From positions 1-26,515 of the IMG/VR virus record IMGVR_UViG_3300002138_000190: a stretch of 26,515 nucleotides of DNA; one strand, written 5' to 3'. The notes under the pieces were generated by a model. The model made no database searches, was not told where the DNA came from, and worked only from the letters and a program-made list of their open reading frames with translations. The position numbers were made by a program, and so were the translations under genes. The stretch comes from a virus. This document shows positions 17,693 to 25,697 of this stretch, piece after piece; position 1 is the first letter of the stretch, and the number at the start of each line of letters is the position of its first letter.

Positions 17693-20233
17693 ATGTTAAT
17701 TAAATATTGTAGTGATTTTAAGCCAAATAGTAAATTTATTTTTGAGTGTTTTGAATATCTCAACGAAGAATTAATGTTTGAAGCTAGAATCTTAGATGTT
17801 CATAAAATACCTATTAAAACAGATGAAAGTAACAGAAAATTTCTTTATAATTTTGATCCTAGATTTTGGAAACAGGCTGCAATTAAAAGATTTGACTTGC
17901 TTTATGAAGCATTAAAAGAAAGAGAAAAAATCAGAAAAAAAGAATATGACAAGTATTACGAAAAGGAATTAAAAGCACTTACTAAAGATTTAAAGAAAAA
18001 TCCAATTTTAAGATTTTTATCTTCTGATGTTCAGTCTGCCATGAGTAAAAATACTGTTCACAGACAAGTTATGGAAAGAATAGCTAAGATAACAGATGAA
18101 GAATTCTGGCAAGGAATTGGTAAAAAATACATTAGTAAAATGGAATTTATATTTGATGCTCCTGGTGGAAAGCAAGAAATTTATGAAGCAAATCCTGATA
18201 TTAAAAGCTTAATTGACAATTTAGAGGGTATTGTAGGTGAATCAGGAGGTATTGATTTATCAAACCCACATGAAGTAAGCTTTGAAACTGTTAGTGATGC
18301 TACAGGTGAAGTAAAGAAAAAAATTAAAAGAAAAACAAATGGATTTGAATTTCCCGAAGATGAAACTATTGCTCTAATGCAAAAAAAATTATTAGTTGGA
18401 ATAGCAAATGGTCTTCTTACTAATAAAAAAATTACTTCTCATATAACCAGAGAAAATGGCGAGATGAAAAAACATGATGTAACTCATGTTGCATCAAGTG
18501 TTGTTTTTTCAAAAAATCATAAAATTAACGATGTTTTTGCTTTTACCCATGAACAAAAAAGAATTTTTAAAAACTTAAGAAAAATTTTTAATAATTACAA
18601 AGAATATTACAACAATGCAAATGATGAATCTAGAAAAATTAGCCTTTTGAAATCTTTAATTGATGACCTGAAAAATGAATTGCCTTTTTTACAATCTTTT
18701 AAAAATTGCAATGATTATAAAGAATGTGAAAGATTTTTTCATGATGCTACAATTGATTCTAATAGTAATATTTATAAAAATTCAGGTTCAGCGATTACTT
18801 CTAATGTTCCAGCTAAAGGCAAGAATTTACAAAATCCCGATATTGGAATCCCTGATAAATTTTTTGCAGATGAAAGTATAATTGAAACCTTAAGTTGGTT
18901 TTTATCTGCAAAACAACTTGTAGAGTGGGCTAAACAAGGTGAATTAAAGAATGCAAACGATGAACCAATTGTTTATGATAAAGAAAAAGAAGATTTGATA
19001 TTTCCTGAATTAAAAATTCCAACATTTCAAAAAGAAATAAAATATAAAGTAAGTAAGCCAGCGATAAAAGGTGGTGGATTTGAAGAAAAAACTAAAACAG
19101 TAAGTGTTCCTGTTTTGTTTAATGGTACTTTTGTAAAAGAACATGATGAAAATAATCCTGAGCATGTAGAAAATCATCGTGAATTGCAAAAAAGAGGTTT
19201 TATCTATAATCCAAGAACTAAACAAAAGGAACATAGATTTGTAAATGCTGAAGATTTAGAAAAATCTGGTCATCAAGGAATGGATCATGATAGATTTGGT
19301 GTATATTATCCCCCACCACATATGTCTGGAGTAGAATTTTTAGATTTAAAAGATCCAGAAATTAAAAATAGACTTGAGTCATTAATTAGAGATGAAGGTT
19401 TGTGTAGACTTGATATGAAGGTTGATAGCGAAAACAATACAAGCGTTAATTTTATTCCAGCAAGCCATACAGATAATAACACTATTCTTTGTGGTGTTGC
19501 ACAAACTATAAAAGATAATTTAACAAGTGGTCAGAGAATTGATCGAAGAAAGATGACTGAAGAAGACAACTATCTTTTGGCTCATTTTCCAATTATTTAC
19601 AAGATTGTAACTTTACATCTTTTGAGCAATTTAAACAGCAATAAGGTACAGTTTCCAAAACAAAGGAGGGCATACATATCACAGATTGTGACAGATTTTA
19701 AACAAAAAAATCTTGCTGGCAAGGGAACCAGAAAAAAAAGACAATTGCAAGGTGGAAATGAAATGCTTCTTGGTGGAGATCCTAATGATACTCAAAATGA
19801 AATGAGTAACTTAATTAATAAACTAAAGTTTACTCTTTTAAGACTTTGCGATGCAAGGCAAAGAGGGGTTTGTACCCCATGTAACCCTGATGATTATACT
19901 TGTGAGATTAAGGCAGCTTATCCTATAGAAAAAGTTATTGAAAAAGCAGAGGAAATTGATGCAGCTACAGATCATGCTGATAAAAATCTAAAACCATCTA
20001 ATTTAGAAAATCAAGTTTTAGAAACAGATAAAATGAAAACTATGTTAATAGCTCTGGCAGTATCTAAAGATTTTGAGAAAAAGCCAACAAATAAAAAAAA
20101 TCTAAAAGATATTAATGAAAAAATAGAAGAAATTTCTACCAAAATAGAACAATTGTTCCTAAGCGAAAAAAGTAAAAATGGCAGCATGATAGATGTTGTG
20201 AAAAATATTTTAAGAATTATGGGAATTATGTAA
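17693..20233 (+). CDS. Large hypothetical protein (846 aa)
   Basis: Long ORF with AAGGA RBS; no motif recognised. Confidence 0.85.
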   Translation: MLIKYCSDFKPNSKFIFECFEYLNEELMFEARILDVHKIPIKTDESNRKFLYNFDPRFWKQAAIKRFDLLYEALKEREKIRKKEYDKYYEKELKALTKDLKKNPILRFLSSDVQSAMSKNTVHRQVMERIAKITDEEFWQGIGKKYISKMEFIFDAPGGKQEIYEANPDIKSLIDNLEGIVGESGGIDLSNPHEVSFETVSDATGEVKKKIKRKTNGFEFPEDETIALMQKKLLVGIANGLLTNKKITSHITRENGEMKKHDVTHVASSVVFSKNHKINDVFAFTHEQKRIFKNLRKIFNNYKEYYNNANDESRKISLLKSLIDDLKNELPFLQSFKNCNDYKECERFFHDATIDSNSNIYKNSGSAITSNVPAKGKNLQNPDIGIPDKFFADESIIETLSWFLSAKQLVEWAKQGELKNANDEPIVYDKEKEDLIFPELKIPTFQKEIKYKVSKPAIKGGGFEEKTKTVSVPVLFNGTFVKEHDENNPEHVENHRELQKRGFIYNPRTKQKEHRFVNAEDLEKSGHQGMDHDRFGVYYPPPHMSGVEFLDLKDPEIKNRLESLIRDEGLCRLDMKVDSENNTSVNFIPASHTDNNTILCGVAQTIKDNLTSGQRIDRRKMTEEDNYLLAHFPIIYKIVTLHLLSNLNSNKVQFPKQRRAYISQIVTDFKQKNLAGKGTRKKRQLQGGNEMLLGGDPNDTQNEMSNLINKLKFTLLRLCDARQRGVCTPCNPDDYTCEIKAAYPIEKVIEKAEEIDAATDHADKNLKPSNLENQVLETDKMKTMLIALAVSKDFEKKPTNKKNLKDINEKIEEISTKIEQLFLSEKSKNGSMIDVVKNILRIMGIM

Positions 20234-20234
20234 A

Positions 20235-20513
20235 ATGTTTAATTTTGACAGTTTATTTGGCATGAAAAACAAGGCAGTTATTGATTATTTTAAAAAAATA
20301 TTGCCTAAAAATGCTGGGGTACACAAAGAAGTAATTCAAAGATTGTGCACTCACATACAAACAGAGAATGATTTAATAAAACTTGCATCGATGATTAATG
20401 ATGTTTATGCAGAAGGTTATTCAACAGCATTGCTTCATTGTAAGGCTAAATTAGAAGAAAGAGGGATAAAGTTTAATATAAGTTCTGATGATAAGTCTAA
20501 TCTTCAAAATTAG
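20235..20513 (+). CDS. Hypothetical protein
   Basis: 92-aa helical ORF immediately following the upstream stop. Confidence 0.75.
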   Translation: MFNFDSLFGMKNKAVIDYFKKILPKNAGVHKEVIQRLCTHIQTENDLIKLASMINDVYAEGYSTALLHCKAKLEERGIKFNISSDDKSNLQN

Positions 20514-21108
20514 GGGTTATACTGCTAATCTTGGCATGAAAAACATTGCCATCAAATTTAACTTCTGAGTTAATAATCTTCCACCATCGTTTCTCAGAAT
20601 TTTTGGGATAAATAATTGATTCATTTTCTATTTTAATATTAGTCCAAAAAGATATTTGGAAATCTGTTATTTCCAGCAATACTGCATCAAATTTAAACTT
20701 TTCTCCATATCTTATAGTTTTTTTAATATCTCCATATAAAGAATCTTCTTTAATTGAAACACTTGCTGGAAGGCAATGAATAATTGTTTTTTTAATTTGA
20801 CTATTTTTAATTTCTTGCTTAATTTCTTGCTTAATTTCTTGCTTAATTTCTTGCTTAATTTCTTGCTTAATTTCTTCTTTAACTTCTTGTTCAGTTTCTT
20901 TAATCTTAGGTGATTTATCTTCAATTGTAATTTCATCTTTATTTAAGTTTAATAATACTGTTTTATTGGTTGTTTTTTTAAAATGATCAATTGTTTCATC
21001 GAAATTCATATTGTGAATTTTAAAATTATTCCATAAATTTTGATTTTTCATTATTGGATTTGGGCCTTTAAGCCTATATTCAGAACCGTTTTTGTTTTTA
21101 ATTACCAT
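20497..21108 (-). CDS. Hypothetical protein with KQEI repeats, possibly related to the gp14-like neck protein
   Basis: MVIKNKNGSEY resembles the neighbour's MIFKEDGKPY; beta-rich C-terminus. Confidence 0.75.
   Translation of the reverse strand: MVIKNKNGSEYRLKGPNPIMKNQNLWNNFKIHNMNFDETIDHFKKTTNKTVLLNLNKDEITIEDKSPKIKETEQEVKEEIKQEIKQEIKQEIKQEIKQEIKNSQIKKTIIHCLPASVSIKEDSLYGDIKKTIRYGEKFKFDAVLLEITDFQISFWTNIKIENESIIYPKNSEKRWWKIINSEVKFDGNVFHAKISSITPNFED
20809..20880 (-). repeat. 12-nt coding tandem repeat (KQEI x5 plus one degenerate unit)
   Basis: aatttcttgctt x5, perfect copies. Confidence 0.95.
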
Positions 21109-21175
21109 GTTAAAAAGAAAATATAAAAAGTATATAATATATTATACTAAAGCAATAATTTAATTGGAGTTTTTT

Positions 21176-21574
21176 ATGACATTAATAGTGCCTTTAAGCG
21201 GAGAAGAAAAGATTTTAAAGTATATGCTTAACAATGAATCTTCTTTAGATCAAGTTATTCACTTATATCAAAATGATATATCTTTATCCCAAACAACAGT
21301 TGTTGGAAATTTTGTTGAACTAACTGCATCGGGATATCTGCCAGTTACATTATCAGGTGGTTCATGGTCATTTTCGCCTGGTGCTCAAGCCAGTACTGCA
21401 TCTTATACCGAACAAACATTTACATTTACGACAAGTGCAACTGCATATGGATATTATGTGACTACAACATCTAATGACCTTTTATGGGCAGAAAGATTTA
21501 CAAATGCACCATTTGTATTGCCAGGTTCAGGTGGACAAGTAGCAATTGCTTTAAACATTAACATAACAGGTTAA
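21176..21574 (+). CDS. Putative tail/baseplate-associated structural protein
   Basis: ATG at 21176 with GGAG; LY.ND...E...SGY....L....W...YGYYV...LLWAERF pattern that I recall from phage structural modules. Confidence 0.7.
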   Translation: MTLIVPLSGEEKILKYMLNNESSLDQVIHLYQNDISLSQTTVVGNFVELTASGYLPVTLSGGSWSFSPGAQASTASYTEQTFTFTTSATAYGYYVTTTSNDLLWAERFTNAPFVLPGSGGQVAIALNINITG

Positions 21575-21588
21575 ATTCAAAGGAATTT

Positions 21589-22122
21589 ATGATTTTTAAA
21601 GAAGATGGAAAACCTTATAGTACTTCTGGAACTTTGAAGCAATTTGATGATTCAATTCCAGAAAGAAGTTTGTTTAATGATTGGGATGCTGAAAGTATTA
21701 AAATTGGTGGATCTCCAATTAATTACTATGAAGTTTTTATTGATTCTGGCAATATTGATCCTATTTACTTAGAATCTAGGGGTAAAATATTTAGTCAGAA
21801 TCCAATACAGTTATATTGTTTTTATGAGCCAATTCCAAGTCAAAATTTACAATCCGCATATGGACTTGATAGTCCTGATGAAATGATATTTGAATTTAAT
21901 TATTATGATGTTTTGCAAAAAATTGGTTATGCCCCCAAAATTGGATCGAGATTTCACACTCCTTTTCTAAACGAAGATTGGGTCATCGTTGAAAGAAAGT
22001 TGGGTGAATTCAAATTGTATCAAGCTACAAGACTTCAAGTCATTTGTAGTAGATTTCAAGAAGATCTTGTTTCAGGTACTTCTATTTCTAAAGAAGAAAA
22101 ATCTGATTTTAAAATTAATTAA
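21589..22122 (+). CDS. gp14: T4 gp14-like neck protein
   Basis: ESIKIGG...YY...DPIYLE...YGLD..DE..F...PKIG...W.I...F.....L.VIC resembles the gp14 pattern; near the gp13-like gene. Confidence 0.7.
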   Translation: MIFKEDGKPYSTSGTLKQFDDSIPERSLFNDWDAESIKIGGSPINYYEVFIDSGNIDPIYLESRGKIFSQNPIQLYCFYEPIPSQNLQSAYGLDSPDEMIFEFNYYDVLQKIGYAPKIGSRFHTPFLNEDWVIVERKLGEFKLYQATRLQVICSRFQEDLVSGTSISKEEKSDFKIN

Positions 22123-22130
22123 GGAGTTTT

Positions 22131-22733
22131 ATGAGCAATAGTTTTTATAAGTTATTTGAGAAAATGCAAAGTATGACAGAACAAGATGATTTAAATAATT
22201 CATCTCAGAAAGTTATGCAGCCTAATGTTACTAATAAATCTAGTGGAAATATGAATGATCCTAATATGCAATTAGGAGCAAAAAATAACATTATGGGAAA
22301 AGCAGATAGTGACATTTCTGGGATGGGTGATCCATCTAATATGGATGATTTTCCAGATGAAGACAATGAAGACAATGAAGACAATTTGTCTATTCCAGAG
22401 GGAGATGTGGACATTGATACTATAGTTGCAAGTTTAACTAATATTAAAAAAATGATTCCTAAGTTTAAAACTATGGATAAAGATAAATCTGAGCAACTTG
22501 ATGATTTAATCAAACAAACAACTAATTTGGTTTCTAGTTTTTCAGATGAAAACGATGAAGATTCAGATGGAAATGATGAAGAATTAGATGATGATTTAGG
22601 TGATAAAGATCCCTCTTTTAATGATGAAGAAGGCCCACCAATAAAACAAACAAATGGAATGGAAGATATGTCTAAGGATATGTCATCTGAATTGCCAGCA
22701 ATCAATCCACCTGATCAAAAACAAGAACAGTAA
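22131..22733 (+). CDS. Acidic low-complexity protein (possible head core/internal protein)
   Basis: AAGGAG RBS; MSNSFYKLFE; D/E/N-rich regions flanking a helical hairpin. Confidence 0.8.
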   Translation: MSNSFYKLFEKMQSMTEQDDLNNSSQKVMQPNVTNKSSGNMNDPNMQLGAKNNIMGKADSDISGMGDPSNMDDFPDEDNEDNEDNLSIPEGDVDIDTIVASLTNIKKMIPKFKTMDKDKSEQLDDLIKQTTNLVSSFSDENDEDSDGNDEELDDDLGDKDPSFNDEEGPPIKQTNGMEDMSKDMSSELPAINPPDQKQEQ

Positions 22734-22734
22734 T

Positions 22735-22866
22735 ATGATTTTTAAAAAATTTAAGCCCAAAATAAAAAATAATTTTAAATTTAAGGCTGAAAATATAACT
22801 TCATTTGATTTAAAAAAAAAGAAAATCCCATTGTTGGTTTTCTTTAATAAAAATAAAAATATTTGA
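22735..22866 (+). CDS. Possible small basic protein
   Basis: ATG 1 nt after the upstream TAA; 43 aa, K/F-rich; could be spurious. Confidence 0.35.
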   Translation: MIFKKFKPKIKNNFKFKAENITSFDLKKKKIPLLVFFNKNKNI

Positions 22867-22912
22867 AGTTATATTTTTTTTGTTATTTTTTAAAAATAAC
22901 TATATTATTTCA

Positions 22913-23131
22913 ATGAATGATAAAACTACAGAAGAACTTGAAGATTGTTTTTTCATACCAAATGAAGAAACTGATTCTATTGCTACTTGCTGTTTAAAAT
23001 GTTATCAGGAAAAATTTAAGAATCAAGGAGGAATGTTTTGGAATGGATCTAGTCGGGGGTATGGCCCTTGGGAAATAAAATGTAACTCTTGTGAAAAAAT
23101 AATACAAAAAGGGCCAGATGCAAATAAGTAA
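22913..23131 (+). CDS. Small Zn-finger protein
   Basis: CCLKC...CNSC; ATG at 22913 preferred over the TTG at 22880. Confidence 0.7.
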   Translation: MNDKTTEELEDCFFIPNEETDSIATCCLKCYQEKFKNQGGMFWNGSSRGYGPWEIKCNSCEKIIQKGPDANK

Positions 23132-23798
23132 CTTGTTTAAAAATAAAAGTAAATGTTTTAAATTAGGAAAATTACATGTAAAAAAAATATTTGAAAAATT
23201 AGTTGCTAATTTTTTTGTAGAGTTAAATATTAACAAAACTAGTATTCTAGAATATATTGGGAAAAATGAAAATTGTCTTTTACACTTTAAAGATAAAAAA
23301 AATTGTGAGCTTTTTAGACTAATTAGAGACAATCACGAAAACATAACAACTTCCTATAAACACATTAATTCTTCTAGCCCTAATGATGACAAAACACATG
23401 ACTTGTTGTTAAATTACATAAAACAAAAAAACAACAAAGAAAATATTGAAGATTCATTGTCAGTTAAGAGTTATAGCAACAAAAAAAACAACACAGCAAA
23501 CATTAGTCATATTGTTAAATTGTCAAATAAAATATCTAACTACAACATAACAGATTTTTCTTCTTTAGATGTAATTAAAGCTTTTAATGAAAAAGATAAT
23601 ATTATTATAATTCATTTTGGAAGTTTAGAACAAAGTAATTTTCTGAAAATACATGGAAGTTATATGCAATTTCACAAAGCTAAAATTATGATAATTGGTG
23701 ATTTCTTAGATAATTTTAAAGTTAATTTGAAAAAATATGGGTTCAAGCCTTACTTAAAAAAGACAATTGGAAATTTTATTTGGGCCAAAAATTTTTGA
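23118..23798 (+). CDS. Hypothetical protein
   Basis: 226-aa ORF overlapping the upstream gene. Confidence 0.6.
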   Translation: MQISNLFKNKSKCFKLGKLHVKKIFEKLVANFFVELNINKTSILEYIGKNENCLLHFKDKKNCELFRLIRDNHENITTSYKHINSSSPNDDKTHDLLLNYIKQKNNKENIEDSLSVKSYSNKKNNTANISHIVKLSNKISNYNITDFSSLDVIKAFNEKDNIIIIHFGSLEQSNFLKIHGSYMQFHKAKIMIIGDFLDNFKVNLKKYGFKPYLKKTIGNFIWAKNF

Positions 23799-24097
23799 AT
23801 AAATTAAAAGTTTATAAAGTTAGATACAAAACACTTAAAGCTAAAAAAAAATATAAAGCAGCTTTAAACAAAGGCAGTAATTTTTTAATTTTATGTGGCT
23901 TTTCTACTAGGGAAATTTATAGTTTATTACTTAAAGCAATTCTGCCAAATGATAAAAGACTTATTAAAAATAAGAAAAAATTAAAAAGTTTTATAGTTAA
24001 TGATGGTTTTGAAAAATATATTTTTGTCTTGAGAAAAGAAAATATTAATGAATTTTTAAATTCACAATTAAATGTACCCTTTTTTTTCAGCTTGTAA
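23780..24097 (+). CDS. Hypothetical basic protein
   Basis: About 100-aa ORF; start uncertain (a TTGA overlap near 23795 is possible). Confidence 0.45.
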   Translation: MGQKFLNKLKVYKVRYKTLKAKKKYKAALNKGSNFLILCGFSTREIYSLLLKAILPNDKRLIKNKKKLKSFIVNDGFEKYIFVLRKENINEFLNSQLNVPFFFSL

Positions 24098-24394
24098 AAT
24101 TTCTTGCATGGTGATATTTCTTCCAACCATTTCAGAAACACAACTTAAATAATGCTTTGCTATATCTTTTTTTATTTCATTTCCTAATCCCATTCTATGA
24201 GCTTCTAGATAGGCTGCGTAGTCTATTGAATATTCCATCACCTCTCCATTAATTACAACTTTTTTTTCCAATGAACCATCAGGATGCATGATATATCCTA
24301 TTTTAAAACTTACCTTGCCTTCTGGAATATCTTTTTCCTTAAGTAAATATTGAGGTGGTATATGGTTTAAGTTTGGATTTTCTTTATTTTCCAT
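24068..24394 (-). CDS. Hypothetical protein
   Basis: 108 aa with normal composition; TATTAT-N5-ATG upstream. Confidence 0.8.
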   Translation of the reverse strand: MENKENPNLNHIPPQYLLKEKDIPEGKVSFKIGYIMHPDGSLEKKVVINGEVMEYSIDYAAYLEAHRMGLGNEIKKDIAKHYLSCVSEMVGRNITMQEILQAEKKGYI

Positions 24395-24417
24395 GAATTA
24401 TAATAGTTTTATAGAAA

Positions 24418-24453
24418 AAAAATATCTTTCTTTTTTTTCAAGAAAGATATTTT
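24418..24453. terminator. Hairpin / probable terminator
   Basis: aaaatatctttctt...aagaaagatatttt inverted repeat; followed by a U-run on the - strand. Confidence 0.6.
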
Positions 24454-24484
24454 CAAAATACATTTTTTTACGGATGTGCTGTAA

Positions 24485-24643
24485 TTAGTATGGATAAAAT
24501 GCAGCTATTGCATCTTTAAAAGCAGTAATATCTACTATATTTGATAAATTTCTTACATTTTCTGGTTTAATATTATTTTTAATTCTTAGAAAAGAATTCT
24601 CTACTGCTCCGTTTCCTGTACCTTCTGTTGATGTAGCACCTAT
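24485..24643 (-). pseudogene. Small ORF beginning ATA: (M)GATSTEGTGNGAVE... (non-canonical start or lost ATG)
   Basis: 52-codon open frame with locally higher GC, ending in TAA just upstream of the hairpin; an in-frame stop lies at 24659-24661 and there is no ATG. Confidence 0.45.
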
Positions 24644-24734
24644 GAGAATTATTTGAACTTATTTTATATATTTTTTAAAAAAATAAATATGTGTTTTTTG
24701 GTATTAATTCCTACCAATTTACAGTAAATAATAT

Positions 24735-25322
24735 ATGTTAGAAGAATGGCAGACAAATCCTGATAACTTAAGAATTTTAAAATTATCTAATAGACAAAAG
24801 CAAACTATTTTTGGAACTCTTTTAGGATCATCTAGTGTAATTCATCCTAATAAATCTAAGAATCCACATCTTCTTATGAGATGTAACAAAAGTGAAAATG
24901 TAAATTGGTTAAGGTGCAAGGCAGAAGAATTAAAAATATTATCAAGGCCAAAGAGTTTTATAGAAGATGAAACTGGATTTAGATGGAATTCATTTTCTAA
25001 TTATATTTTTGTTGATTTTAAAAATTTATTTTATAAAAATGGAATTAAAAAAATTGAAATGGAAGTTTTAGATGGTTTGGGGGATTTAGGTATTTGTACT
25101 TGGTTTTTAGATAGAGGTGTAAATGTAAAAAATATTTATGGTTTTAAAACAATAGGATATGATAAAAAATCTATTGAAAACATAATAAAATATTTTAATC
25201 TTATTAACTTGCCCATATTTAAAAATAAAACAGGATATTTATTATTTGAAAATGAAACAATATCAGACAAATTTTTAAAAATAATAAGCAATTGCATTCC
25301 ACTTGTTTTGAGATCAAGCTAA
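24735..25322 (+). CDS. LAGLIDADG_2-type homing endonuclease homolog with degenerate active-site motifs
   Basis: LSNRQKQTIFGTLLGSS (canonical GxLLGDG), FYKNG.KKI, and ICTWFLDRG (canonical WxxDDG). Confidence 0.8.
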   Translation: MLEEWQTNPDNLRILKLSNRQKQTIFGTLLGSSSVIHPNKSKNPHLLMRCNKSENVNWLRCKAEELKILSRPKSFIEDETGFRWNSFSNYIFVDFKNLFYKNGIKKIEMEVLDGLGDLGICTWFLDRGVNVKNIYGFKTIGYDKKSIENIIKYFNLINLPIFKNKTGYLLFENETISDKFLKIISNCIPLVLRSS

Positions 25323-25565
25323 TACAATGTTTTTATTTGTTAAATTAAATAACTTTTCTATATCAGTCTCAGAATTTATTTGATTAAATACCCCTTCTGA
25401 TATTTCTATGTTAAACTTTTCTTCAATGTCATAAAACAATTGCATGTAGTCAAGTGAATCTAAATTTAGATCACTTAATTTTGTATTTATGTTAACTTCC
25501 TCTTTATCTACATGTAATAGCTCACATATTACTTCTTTAAACTCAATTACATTTAGATTTTTCAT
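25314..25565 (-). CDS. acpP: Acyl carrier protein
   Basis: DLNLDSLD phosphopantetheine site; IEEKFNIEIS; acidic; ATG at 25565 with AAGGA. Confidence 0.88.
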   Translation of the reverse strand: MKNLNVIEFKEVICELLHVDKEEVNINTKLSDLNLDSLDYMQLFYDIEEKFNIEISEGVFNQINSETDIEKLFNLTNKNIVLA

Positions 25566-25697
25566 AGATAATTCCTTTTGAAAATTAGCAATAAACAAAA
25601 GTATACAAAATAATTTTACTTTGTCAATTAATATTTTGTGGATTTTTCAAAAGATATTATATTTTGATAATTTGAATGCATTGTTAATAAATAAAAT

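Noticed and set aside
9157-20513. Genome-wide TAG recoding (code 15)
   Set aside because: Only one internal TAG was found; long genes are intact under code 11 and four genes end plausibly at TAG (9157, 13500, 20497, 20513). Their short possible extensions are expected by chance in AT-rich DNA. Limited suppression remains possible.
13133-24141. Remaining short overlapping ORFs (13133-13318, 13735-13947, 14497-14877, 14881-15063, 15919-16107, 16763-16948, 18675-18881, 19010-19234, 20712-20936, 22205-22705, 22994-23332, 23917-24141)
   Set aside because: They are nested in or antisense to better-supported genes, with shadow-like composition and no supporting motifs.
24400-25322. Group I intron or intein housing the LAGLIDADG ORF; tRNA or ncRNA in the 24400-24735 gap
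   Set aside because: No interrupted host gene, no intein C...HN termini, and no recognisable group I core or tRNA cloverleaf by eye. A covariance-model search would be needed to exclude it fully.
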